Source: Bacteroidota bacterium
GTDB lineage: Bacteria > Bacteroidota > Bacteroidia > Chitinophagales > LD1
NCBI GenBank assembly: GCA_026391075.1
Contig: JAPLES010000002.1
Location: 156,673 to 220,672 of the forward strand
Direction of reading: 5' to 3'
DNA length: 64,000 nucleotides
Part shown: piece after piece, positions 46,055-54,455 of the stretch
Layout of the letters: the number at the start of each line of letters is the position of its first letter
How positions within the stretch are numbered: the stretch's first letter is position 1
Translations under genes and position numbers: made by a program
Notes under the pieces: generated by a model
The model's database searches: none
Seen by the model: only the letters and a program-made list of their open reading frames with translations
What the model was told of the DNA's origin: nothing

Positions 46055-46645
46055 ATGAAAATTTTTAAAGAGGTAGAACAACATATTATCGGCATTCTTA
46101 AACGAGATTTGCCTAACAACCTTTTTTACCACGGTCTTCACCACACCATGGATGTACTTCGTTCTGCTGAGCTCATTGGCAAAGACGAAAAAATTACCGA
46201 CCACGAAATGTTGTTGCTTAAAATTTCGGTCCTTTACCACGATGCAGGATTTATTAAAGTTTATAGAAATCATGAAGAAGTGGGTTGCGAAATGGCAAAG
46301 GAAGACCTTCCTAAATTTGGTTTCAGCCTAAAAGAAATTGAATCTATTTGCGGAATGATAATGGCGACTAAAATTCCACAAAACCCGCAAAGCAAACTAG
46401 AATATATTATTGCCGATGCCGACCTTGAATATTTGGGCACTGACGATTTTGAAAGAATAGGAAGAACCCTTTTCGAAGAAATAAAAATTTACCTGGGCGT
46501 AGAAGGTGAGCGCCAATGGAACATTATTCAACTAAATTTTTTAAAGAAGCACCACTATTATACTTCGTTCTGCAAGCGCCATCGCGAAAACAAGAAGCAA
46601 AAGCACGTTCAGGCCATTGAAAAAATTGTAGCCACTTACGAATAG
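46055..46645 (+). CDS. HD-domain metal-dependent phosphohydrolase
   Basis: 196 aa with YHGLHHTMDV and LLKISVLYHDAGF (H..HD..D pattern). Confidence 0.72.
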   Translation: MKIFKEVEQHIIGILKRDLPNNLFYHGLHHTMDVLRSAELIGKDEKITDHEMLLLKISVLYHDAGFIKVYRNHEEVGCEMAKEDLPKFGFSLKEIESICGMIMATKIPQNPQSKLEYIIADADLEYLGTDDFERIGRTLFEEIKIYLGVEGERQWNIIQLNFLKKHHYYTSFCKRHRENKKQKHVQAIEKIVATYE

Positions 46646-46688
46646 AAAGTAGGCGCACCATTTCTGTTCAAGAGTATCACTAACTAGT

Positions 46689-47372
46689 ATGGGTAAGGAA
46701 AAAATGTTTAAGGTGAATGCTATTGGCTCCTTTGTCAATGTTTTTCAAAATCCTCATTTCACTAATCCGAAATTGGTTAACCATTTACAGCAAGAACTGG
46801 AAATGAAAGGAAAGTGGAAGAACACAGTTTTCAAAAATGAAAACCCACTTAACCTAGAACTCGCCTGCGGAAAAGGCGATTACACGTTGGCGCTAGCACA
46901 AAAATATCCTAACCGTAATTATATTGGCGTTGATGCAAAGGGAGCTCGCATTTTTACTGGAGCCAAAAATGCACTTGAAAAAAACCTTTCCAATATTGCT
47001 TTTGCTCGCATGCGCATCGAAAACATTCTCAATTTTTTTGAACCTGGCGAAGTGGATGAAATCTGGATTACTTTCCCCGATCCTTTTCCAAAGAAAGGAG
47101 ATGCAAAAAGAAGATTAAGCGCAAATGGGTTTTTAGACATGTATCAAAAAATTTGCAAGGCAGGTGCTGTTGTTCACTTTAAAACCGATGATTTGCCCTT
47201 GTTTCATTCAGCCAAAGAAAGTATTGATGATTTTGGGTTGAAGACACTTTATTACAAGGAAGACATTTATGCATGTCCCTTAGAATTTGAAGAGCTAAGT
47301 ATTCAAACCTACTACGAAAAATCGCATTTAGCGAACGGCAGAACGATTAACTATCTCAAATTTCAATTATGA
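46689..47372 (+). CDS. trmB: tRNA (guanine46-N7)-methyltransferase
   Basis: Contains LELACGKGDYTLALAQKYPNRNYIGVD, ITFPDPFPKK and FKTDD. Confidence 0.9.
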   Translation: MGKEKMFKVNAIGSFVNVFQNPHFTNPKLVNHLQQELEMKGKWKNTVFKNENPLNLELACGKGDYTLALAQKYPNRNYIGVDAKGARIFTGAKNALEKNLSNIAFARMRIENILNFFEPGEVDEIWITFPDPFPKKGDAKRRLSANGFLDMYQKICKAGAVVHFKTDDLPLFHSAKESIDDFGLKTLYYKEDIYACPLEFEELSIQTYYEKSHLANGRTINYLKFQL

Positions 47373-47764
47373 GCAAAAAAAAATTTGTTCAAAATAAAAA
47401 GGTCAATTCAAAACAAATTGAAAAAAGAAAAGACAGCTATTCTTTTTTCGAAAACGTTTATGAAGTAACAAGGCTTATTCCTAGAGGTAGGGTGACAAGC
47501 TATGGGGCTATTGCAAAGTATTTGGGTTCGGGTCAATCTGCCCGAATGGTTGGCTATGCCATGAATGCGGCACATATACAGATACCACCAGTTCCGGCTC
47601 ATAGAGTGCTTAACCGAAACGGAATGCTTACTGGCAAGCATCACTTTGGCTCACCCGATTTAATGCAAAAGATGTTAGAGAAAGAAGGCGTAAAGGTTAG
47701 TAAAGATACGGTTGAAAAATTTGATAAAATTTTTTGGAATCCCGCAATAGAACTATCTATCTGA
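47369..47764 (+). CDS. MGMT-family alkyltransferase-like (ATL) protein, active-site Cys replaced by Ala
   Basis: The DNA-binding domain reads IPRGRVTSYGAIAKYLG. The canonical PCHRV motif reads PAHRV (Ala codon GCT at 47597-47599). A 4-bp ATGA overlap links it to trmB. Confidence 0.78.
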   Translation: MSKKKFVQNKKVNSKQIEKRKDSYSFFENVYEVTRLIPRGRVTSYGAIAKYLGSGQSARMVGYAMNAAHIQIPPVPAHRVLNRNGMLTGKHHFGSPDLMQKMLEKEGVKVSKDTVEKFDKIFWNPAIELSI

Positions 47765-47806
47765 TTGATTAACTAATTTTCATACCAAAATATGTAAGGC
47801 AACCAC

Positions 47807-47836
47807 TTGCATTTTTAGAAAGGAGGTTTATATTTG
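47807..47836 (+). promoter_or_regulatory. Bacteroidetes-type promoter (-33 TTG, 19-nt spacer, -7 TATATTTG)
   Basis: TTG at 47807-47809 and TATATTTG at 47829-47836 match the TAnnTTTG consensus. The site is 27 nt upstream of the ATG at 47863. Confidence 0.45.
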
Positions 47837-47862
47837 TAGTCACATTAGGTTTAAAATCAAAT

Positions 47863-48069
47863 TTGCATATGAAGAATAGATTTTTAAATATCACATTATC
47901 GGTAGCACTTCTTGGAATTGCTTTTGCCGCTTTCTCTCAAGGAGGTCCACCACCACCACCACCGCCACCACCGCCACCGGGCTCTGGTGTTCCAATTGAT
48001 GGTGGTATTTTTATGCTTTTAGCAGCTGGGTTAGTTTACGGTGCTAAGAAGTTATACCGAAGCGAATAA
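47863..48069 (+). CDS. Mini-protein: signal peptide, 11-Pro run, VPIDGG, TM helix, basic tail
   Basis: 68 aa: MHMKNRFLNITLSVALLGIAFAAFSQ / GGPPPPPPPPPPPGSG / VPIDGG / IFMLLAAGLVYGA / KKLYRSE. It is flanked by a consensus Bacteroidetes promoter and a strong terminator. Confidence 0.55.
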   Translation: MHMKNRFLNITLSVALLGIAFAAFSQGGPPPPPPPPPPPGSGVPIDGGIFMLLAAGLVYGAKKLYRSE

Positions 48070-48090
48070 TATTCTCCTCAATATTTTTGA

Positions 48091-48126
48091 TTGCCGCTCA
48101 ATTTAAATTGAGCGGCAATTTTATTT
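48091..48126. terminator. Bidirectional rho-independent terminator
   Basis: A perfect 28-bp palindrome, ttgccgctcaattt/aaattgagcggcaa (48091-48118), is followed by ttttattt. It lies between convergent genes. Confidence 0.75.
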
Positions 48127-48137
48127 AGAAAACATTT

Positions 48138-49208
48138 CTACTGAACCAAATTAATCTTCATGGTTACTGGCTGGTGATCGCTGAAATCGAAACCTAAATC
48201 AAATCCTTTGGCTTCTTCCACCATAATGTTGGGTGAAGTGAAGTAGTAATCAATGACAGTGGTGAAGGTTTTTTTGCTATCAAAAATAAATTTGTTTTTT
48301 CGATTGGTGGCAACAGTCGAATCGTAATTGTAGTTCCAGCTAGTAACATAATTAGGGTCATTATTTTTTAGATATAGCTGGTCATCTTCCGGTTCTTTCT
48401 CCCAAGTATGAACGTTGAACGAAGGCGGAGCGATGTTCCAATCACCACCAAGAACCACATAGTTTCCTTTTGCATATTCTTCTTCAAGAATTTTCTTGGT
48501 TAACGCCATTTGCTCTTTCTTCACGCTTCCATCATCATAGGCCTCAAAGTGTGTATTGATAACAATCAAATCTTTATTGTTCGCGAGCTTATAACGCTGC
48601 ATGAGCAGGCAACGTTCTAGATAAAAAAGGTTGCGAGGGAAATCAGTAATGCCCGGCAATGCAATTCTTTTTGATTCAACAGGAGTATATTTTGAAAGTG
48701 TTTGCAAACCGCCATAAACTTTTCCTATAGGATTTGTGAAAGGGAAAGGCAAATACTTTACATCATAATTTGCAGTGAAAGCAGAATTGTGGTCAGGCAA
48801 TACTTTTTCAAATTGTTCCGCCTGGTCAATCTTCCAACTGCGCTTACTTTTTCTATCCACTTCCTGTAACATGATAAAATCAATATCCTTATGTGCTGCA
48901 AGAAAATTTTTCATCCCTTCATTATTTTTAAGCACGTGCTCCTTAGGAGATGTAACCATCTTTCCCCCATCATAAAAAAAATCTACTTCTTTACCTAAGC
49001 CGCCATAACCTAAATTCCAAATCAAAAAAGTAAAAGACGAATCGGTTAATTGTTTCGGATTTTCAACTAATGATTTTGGTTGGTGTGTACCGACTAATTC
49101 AATTGGCAGTGGTTTGAATTTGGTGATTATGCCAAGCAGAATCATTCCGCCCACATAAAGAATTGTACTGATTAAAAGAATGCCAACGAATAATAGAGCC
49201 TGCTTCAT
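48138..49208 (-). CDS. Endonuclease/exonuclease/phosphatase (EEP) family protein with N-terminal TM anchor
   Basis: Contains the EEP blocks MLQEVD, INTHFEAYD, LGGDWN and FSDHQPV. Confidence 0.75.
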   Translation of the reverse strand: MKQALLFVGILLISTILYVGGMILLGIITKFKPLPIELVGTHQPKSLVENPKQLTDSSFTFLIWNLGYGGLGKEVDFFYDGGKMVTSPKEHVLKNNEGMKNFLAAHKDIDFIMLQEVDRKSKRSWKIDQAEQFEKVLPDHNSAFTANYDVKYLPFPFTNPIGKVYGGLQTLSKYTPVESKRIALPGITDFPRNLFYLERCLLMQRYKLANNKDLIVINTHFEAYDDGSVKKEQMALTKKILEEEYAKGNYVVLGGDWNIAPPSFNVHTWEKEPEDDQLYLKNNDPNYVTSWNYNYDSTVATNRKNKFIFDSKKTFTTVIDYYFTSPNIMVEEAKGFDLGFDFSDHQPVTMKINLVQ

Positions 49209-49293
49209 TTTTTAAATTTCAGCGCAAGATAATTTCTACATTTGAATTGGTTATAACAAATGAGCAGTTCTTATTCACTATAAAAAACAAAAG

Positions 49294-50124
49294 ATGAATC
49301 ACTTCGAATGGACATGGGAGCAAGAAGGAGAAACAATTTCGGCACAAGGGTGGAGCCCACCACAAACAAAAGGAGTTGTTTGTATTGTGCATGGATTTAA
49401 CGAACACGGCACTCGTTATGCCGAAGCAGCAGACCGTTTATGCAACGCTGGCTATGCGGTGCTTACATACGATGCCTTTGGCCACGGAAAAACAACAGGC
49501 AAGCGCGGACACGCACCTACCTACGATGCGTTTCTTGATTCAGTAAAAATAATTTTAGACGAAGCGGAAACACGTTTTCCGGGAGTGAAGAAATTTTTGT
49601 GGGGACATAGCATGGGTGGTGGAATTGTGTTGAATTATTTATTGAAGCGTCAACCGAATATTGCTGGAGCTATTGCCACTGGTCCGCTGCTGAAACTTGG
49701 ATTTGAGCCGCCTGCTTTCAAAGTTTTTTTGGCGAAGATGATGGTGAATATTTATCCTGCCTTTACCGAAAAGGCGGAATTAAATTCAGAAGCTATTTCG
49801 CGCGATAGAAATGAAGTGCGCAAATACAATGAAGACCCACACAATCATGGAAAAATTACTGCCGGAACTTTTCTCGGAATGTTTCAGGCGGGGAAATGGA
49901 ATATTGAACACGCAAAAGAATTGAAAACTCCTTTGCTGCTTATGCATGGAACTGCAGATCAACTTACTTCATCTGAAGGAACAAAAGAATTTGCCGCAAA
50001 CGCGCCTAAGAATTTGGTGACACTAAAATTGTGGGAAGGTTTTTACCACGAATTGCACAATGAACCTGAGCCGGATAGAAGCGAGGTGATGGCGTATATT
50101 ACAAGTTGGCTGAATGCAAGGTAA
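49294..50124 (+). CDS. Alpha/beta hydrolase (lysophospholipase / monoacylglycerol lipase-like)
   Basis: Contains the nucleophile elbow GHSMGG, HGFNEHGTRY, and the late blocks MHGTADQL and FYHELHNE. Confidence 0.8.
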   Translation: MNHFEWTWEQEGETISAQGWSPPQTKGVVCIVHGFNEHGTRYAEAADRLCNAGYAVLTYDAFGHGKTTGKRGHAPTYDAFLDSVKIILDEAETRFPGVKKFLWGHSMGGGIVLNYLLKRQPNIAGAIATGPLLKLGFEPPAFKVFLAKMMVNIYPAFTEKAELNSEAISRDRNEVRKYNEDPHNHGKITAGTFLGMFQAGKWNIEHAKELKTPLLLMHGTADQLTSSEGTKEFAANAPKNLVTLKLWEGFYHELHNEPEPDRSEVMAYITSWLNAR

Positions 50125-50138
50125 AAGGCATAAAGATT

Positions 50139-50750
50139 ATGCGTAAACTTTTCATTCTACTTATTTTACTGTTTTTTCTTGCAACACTCCTATATCTTTT
50201 TCGCGCGCGCGCTCTGCGTTCATGCGCTCAGTTTTTGATTGAAGAAAACACCTTGACGAAAGTAGACGCAATGTTTGTTTTGTCTGGCGGTGGTTATGAC
50301 CGCGGCAATGAAGCAGTGAAAATTTTCAATGCTAGCTTTACGAATAAAATTATTTGCACGGGAGGTAATGCCGTTACTGAATTATGTGTGATGGATATTG
50401 ACACACTGGAAAGCGATATGACAGCTGCTAATCTACGGCAACATTCAATTCCTGATTCGTGTATTGTTTTGATAAGAAACGGAACCAGTACCAAAGAAGA
50501 AGCACAAATTATTTTGGACTACTGTTTCAAAAATAATTTGAAGAAAATAATTGTGCTTTCTTCTAAACTTCACACCCATAGAGTAAACAGTTTTTTTCGC
50601 TCAAAATTCTTAAGTGCGGGTATTGAACCGATAGTGTGCGGAGCACCGAGTTCGAGGTTTAATGAAATGGAATGGTGGAGGGAAGAAGAAGGCTTGATTG
50701 CTGTGAACAACGAATGGATAAAGACGGTTTACTACTGGTGCAAATATTGA
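50139..50750 (+). CDS. YdcF/DUF218 family protein
   Basis: ATG 50139 gives a TM anchor (MRKLFILLILLFFLATLLYLF). DUF218 blocks are FVLSGGGYDRGNEA, ICTGG and VLSSKLHTHR. Confidence 0.75.
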   Translation: MRKLFILLILLFFLATLLYLFRARALRSCAQFLIEENTLTKVDAMFVLSGGGYDRGNEAVKIFNASFTNKIICTGGNAVTELCVMDIDTLESDMTAANLRQHSIPDSCIVLIRNGTSTKEEAQIILDYCFKNNLKKIIVLSSKLHTHRVNSFFRSKFLSAGIEPIVCGAPSSRFNEMEWWREEEGLIAVNNEWIKTVYYWCKY

Positions 50751-50760
50751 GTGAAGTTGT

Positions 50761-51507
50761 TTACCAATCCTTCTCGATTTTTACGTTAACCACTTTCATT
50801 TGCTTTTGATGCATTTTCTGATTGGTCTTTTGTTCTTCGCCTTGTAGTGCCTGCAACATTTTTTCAGCTTCTTCTTTTGAAAGTTTCGGCTGCTGTCCTT
50901 TTTGCTGGTGGTCTTTCTTATCCTGATTCTTCGACTGCTGATCCTTGTTTTGATCTTTATTTTTATCGTCTTTGTTCTTATCCTGCTTGTCGTCTTTCTT
51001 ATCTTTTTTATCGTCCTTTTTATCCTTGTTGTCTTTGTTCTGTTTATCCTGATTTTTTTGTTGAATCAACATAGCATTTGCATAAGCTAGATTATATTTC
51101 GTATCGGCATCTTTCGAATTATTCTTCAAGGCATCTTTATATGCCTTTGCTGCATCTTCCCATTTCTGTTGTTCTAAAAAAGTATTTCCTAGGTTGTGAT
51201 AGGCTTTTGCTTTGATAGTTTTATCGGTATTGGTTTGTGCCGAAAGTTGAAATTGTTTTGCTGCTTCATCGTAACGCTTTTGTTCATACACCGCATCACC
51301 CAAATTAAAAGTGGCTTCGGGCATGTTGTTTTTTTTGTCGAGGGCTTTTTTGTAGCTAGCTTCGGCATCAGTGTAAATCCCTTTGTCGAATTGGTTGTTA
51401 CCGTTGCGCGTTTCTTTTTTTTCTGCAGCAGTAGAAAGTTGATTTAGCTGTGCAACTGATGATAGACCATGCACAACAGATAATAGAAAAACAAAGGCTT
51501 TCTTCAT
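50761..51507 (-). CDS. TPR-repeat protein with K/D/Q-rich low-complexity tail (BatC-like)
   Basis: A signal peptide and about three TPR units (AEASYKKALD.., AAKQFQLSAQ.., AAKAYKDALK..) are followed by NKDNKDKKDDKKDKKDDKQDKNKDDKNKDQNKDQQ. Confidence 0.7.
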   Translation of the reverse strand: MKKAFVFLLSVVHGLSSVAQLNQLSTAAEKKETRNGNNQFDKGIYTDAEASYKKALDKKNNMPEATFNLGDAVYEQKRYDEAAKQFQLSAQTNTDKTIKAKAYHNLGNTFLEQQKWEDAAKAYKDALKNNSKDADTKYNLAYANAMLIQQKNQDKQNKDNKDKKDDKKDKKDDKQDKNKDDKNKDQNKDQQSKNQDKKDHQQKGQQPKLSKEEAEKMLQALQGEEQKTNQKMHQKQMKVVNVKIEKDW

Positions 51508-51672
51508 AGCGAGGCGAATATATTATTAGAAGTGCCGATGAACAATTCGGTTAAAACTTTTTAGCAAAGCTAACGTGAGTTATTGCAACCCTTCTGTTTG
51601 CATAATTGTAGAAATACCACCAACAATATCGTAGCTAATTGATTTTACACTGCCACCTAACTGCGGTACAAA

Positions 51673-52614
51673 CTAGGTGGTGCTTGGCATAACCACATAA
51701 CCGTGACGATTAGTAAACCCTTTGCGAATCATAAATTTTTGATTTTTCGCTTCAAGTTTTTCAGCAAATTCCTGTTGCTGTTTATTCACTTCCTCATTGG
51801 CTGACTCGTACGAAACTTCCATTTTTGATTTAGTCCACGATTCGCCTTCAATAATAAACGCCTTATATTTTACACCGTTAACAGTCACCTCTTCTTCGCC
51901 TGTTACTTTCGAAAAGTGTACGGTGTGTGACGAGTGCGAAAGTTTTTGACGAACCTTTACGTCAATAGTTTTATAAATGGCTATCGTGCTGGTTTTAGTG
52001 TAGGGTCCCAAAAATGATTCGCCCGTTCGCGAATCGGTAGCAAAACCAAAGCCGTCAGTAGAGCTTGTTTCGTTATGAGAAAACACGCGTTGCTTCACTT
52101 TTAAATCGGTATTCTTCGGAAATGTAATTCCGATGTCGTCATAAATCGGTAACACATCGCCTACTTTCAAATTCATAGGAACTATCTGAACACCTTGTAT
52201 AGTATAACCAAGCGGACTGGCTTCGTAACCCACCATAACAGGTCCTCGATTGCGCGCAATGTAAAGAGTGTCGTTACTGCAAACCACATAACCCGAATAA
52301 TCGTTGCCTGCAATATTGGTAGTGAAAGTGTATTCATCACCGTCTTTGCCCGAAACCTTTTTGATTTTAAAAACCATAGCAGATTTGCTCGCAGGCAATT
52401 TTGTTCCTGCGGGTATTCGCGCGTTGAACTCAGCTACTTCTGCATCTTTCTCTGCATCGGTCAACCTCATAAACTTCGGGTCGCCAATTAGCAAATTGGT
52501 AAACACAGAAACGTTGAGCGTTGATTTGTCTCCGTCTTTTATTGCGAGGTTGCAGTTTTGAGAAAAAGTGTTGGTGCTGATGAATAGACCAACAGCAAAA
52601 AGTATTTTTTTCAT
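51673..52614 (-). CDS. Hypothetical secreted protein
   Basis: ATG 52614 gives the signal peptide MKKILFAVGLFISTNTFSQ. No recognisable motifs. Confidence 0.5.
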   Translation of the reverse strand: MKKILFAVGLFISTNTFSQNCNLAIKDGDKSTLNVSVFTNLLIGDPKFMRLTDAEKDAEVAEFNARIPAGTKLPASKSAMVFKIKKVSGKDGDEYTFTTNIAGNDYSGYVVCSNDTLYIARNRGPVMVGYEASPLGYTIQGVQIVPMNLKVGDVLPIYDDIGITFPKNTDLKVKQRVFSHNETSSTDGFGFATDSRTGESFLGPYTKTSTIAIYKTIDVKVRQKLSHSSHTVHFSKVTGEEEVTVNGVKYKAFIIEGESWTKSKMEVSYESANEEVNKQQQEFAEKLEAKNQKFMIRKGFTNRHGYVVMPSTT

Positions 52615-52685
52615 GACAAAAATTTTGGTGAAACAATGTGTGGTAAATGTAAGATTCATTTCTCTTTGGAAGAAAAGACCAAAGC

Positions 52686-53321
52686 CTACTGCTTCACTAC
52701 AATATTCAATCCATCGCGTAACGGAAGAATGAAATTTTTTACGCGCGCATCAGCAACTATTTTTTCGTTGTATTGATGAATGGCAAGCGTGTCTTTATCT
52801 TTTTTTTCTTCCACTACTTTTCCGCTCCATAGCACGTTATCGGCAATGATGTAGCCGTCAACACGCACTTTATCAAAAACCAAATCGTAGTAATTGGAGT
52901 AGTTGATTTTATCGGCATCAATAAAAACTAAATCAAAAGTTTCGTCCAGCGAAGGAATTATTTTTCGGGCATCGCCAATCAGGTGTTTGATTTTGGAAGA
53001 TAGATTTGCCTTCTCAAAATATCGTGCGCACATCGGTTGCAGTTCTTCGTTTACATCAATGGTGTAAAGCAATCCGCCATCGGTCAATCCTTTGGCTAAA
53101 CAAATAGCAGAATAGCCCGTGAAAGTTCCTACCTCTAAAATTCTTTTCGGTTGAAGCATGCGCGAAATCATTTCCAGAAACTGTCCTTGCAAGTTTCCCG
53201 AAACCATTTGCGGCATCTGAATTTTCAAATACGTTTCGCGCGAAAGCTCACGCAACACTGCATCTTCTGCCGAAGAGAATTGTGCTATATAATTTTCTAT
53301 TTCGTTAGAGACTAAATGCAT
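52686..53321 (-). CDS. Class I SAM-dependent O-methyltransferase (family 3, caffeoyl-CoA OMT-like)
   Basis: Contains ILEVGTFTGYSAICLA (motif I), FIDADKINY and IIADNVLWSGKV. Confidence 0.85.
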   Translation of the reverse strand: MHLVSNEIENYIAQFSSAEDAVLRELSRETYLKIQMPQMVSGNLQGQFLEMISRMLQPKRILEVGTFTGYSAICLAKGLTDGGLLYTIDVNEELQPMCARYFEKANLSSKIKHLIGDARKIIPSLDETFDLVFIDADKINYSNYYDLVFDKVRVDGYIIADNVLWSGKVVEEKKDKDTLAIHQYNEKIVADARVKNFILPLRDGLNIVVKQ

Positions 53322-53323
53322 GC

Positions 53324-53857
53324 TTATAGGAGTTCTCTCTTTTTCAATTCTTTCAAAATAATTCTAAACCAAAATGAATACTGTTCTGCATTTTTCTCAA
53401 TGTCTTTTTCCAGCTCTTCAGTTTTCACCCAGCGCACCGCAGCCACCTCATCTTTGTTGAATTCAAATGCATCATCAAACACCCCGGTGAAAACAGTATC
53501 GTATTCCCATTCGGTCAATCCGCTTTTTTCATCATGCGCTTTGTAGATGAAATGGAACTCTTCTTTCAACGGAATTTTAATTCCGATTTCTTCAAACAAT
53601 CTTCGCTCTGCTGCCTGCTGAAAACTTTCATCCCTGCGCGGATGGCTGCAACAGGTATTGCTCCAAATGCCTGCAAAATGATATTTGCTCAATGCGCGTT
53701 GCTGCACCAATTGTTCACCCTTGCTATTGAAAATAATTACGCTGATAGCGCGATGAAGCAATGCTTTGGTATGTGCCTCTAACTTGCCTACATAACCGAG
53801 AACATTATTCTCTTCATCAACCAAAACAACCTGTTCTTCCTGAATGAAATTTTCCAT
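53324..53857 (-). CDS. idi: Isopentenyl-diphosphate delta-isomerase, type 1 (Nudix fold)
   Basis: Contains LHRAISVIIFN, WSNTCCSHP (catalytic Cys), AAERRLFEEIGI and EWEYD. Confidence 0.85.
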   Translation of the reverse strand: MENFIQEEQVVLVDEENNVLGYVGKLEAHTKALLHRAISVIIFNSKGEQLVQQRALSKYHFAGIWSNTCCSHPRRDESFQQAAERRLFEEIGIKIPLKEEFHFIYKAHDEKSGLTEWEYDTVFTGVFDDAFEFNKDEVAAVRWVKTEELEKDIEKNAEQYSFWFRIILKELKKRELL

Positions 53858-53869
53858 TGCATTTTGTAT

Positions 53870-53906
53870 TTAAGTCCTCTCCTTCGAGGAGGATTTAGGT
53901 GGGGCT
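53870..53906. repeat. Degenerate inverted copy of the ~37-bp hairpin unit, overlapping a stop codon
   Basis: The reverse complement, ccccacct-aaatcctcctcgaaggagaggacttaaa, aligns to 21140-21180 with a few mismatches and a 4-nt gap. Confidence 0.7.
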
Positions 53907-54416
53907 TTTAAACCAAGATGAATACATCACATAATTATTGCTGATGCGCTCAATTAAATCTTTGAATTTTTCTTTGTTCACATCCTTCACTTTTTTTGCG
54001 GGAACTCCTGCGTAAATACTTCCGGGCTCCACAATTGTGTTTTCTAAAACTATAGCCCCCGCAGCTATAATGCTGTTTTCGCCAATCACCGCGTGGTCCA
54101 TTACAATGGCTCCCATGCCAATGAGCACATTGTCGTGCACGGTGCATCCATGCACAATAGCGCGGTGACCAATGCTAACATTGTTGCCGATATTGAGCGG
54201 AGCTTTTTGATATGTGCAATGAAGAATAGCTCCGTCCTGCACATTCACTTTGTTGCCCATGCGTATGTAATGCACATCACCACGCACCACCGCCTGAAAC
54301 CAAATGCTGCAATCGTCTCCTGTTATTACATCGCCAACAACCGTGGCGTTTTCGGCAATAAAATTATTGCTGCCGAATTTTGGGTGAATATCATTTACAG
54401 GAAGAATGAGTGCCAT
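53895..54416 (-). CDS. Gamma-carbonic-anhydrase-like hexapeptide-repeat protein
   Basis: Left-handed beta-helix repeats with VRGDV..IRMGNKVNVQDGAILH..IGHRAIVHGC. The stop codon lies inside a repeat unit. ATG 54416 is preferred. Confidence 0.85.
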   Translation of the reverse strand: MALILPVNDIHPKFGSNNFIAENATVVGDVITGDDCSIWFQAVVRGDVHYIRMGNKVNVQDGAILHCTYQKAPLNIGNNVSIGHRAIVHGCTVHDNVLIGMGAIVMDHAVIGENSIIAAGAIVLENTIVEPGSIYAGVPAKKVKDVNKEKFKDLIERISNNYVMYSSWFKSPT

Positions 54417-54455
54417 ACTTAAAATCAAACATAAGAATTATGCGAAAAAGGCAGG

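Noticed and set aside
50902-51090. 62-aa extremely hydrophobic plus-strand ORF (LILVLIFIFIVFVLILLVV..)
   Set aside because: It is an antisense translation of the K/D-rich low-complexity tract of the TPR gene.
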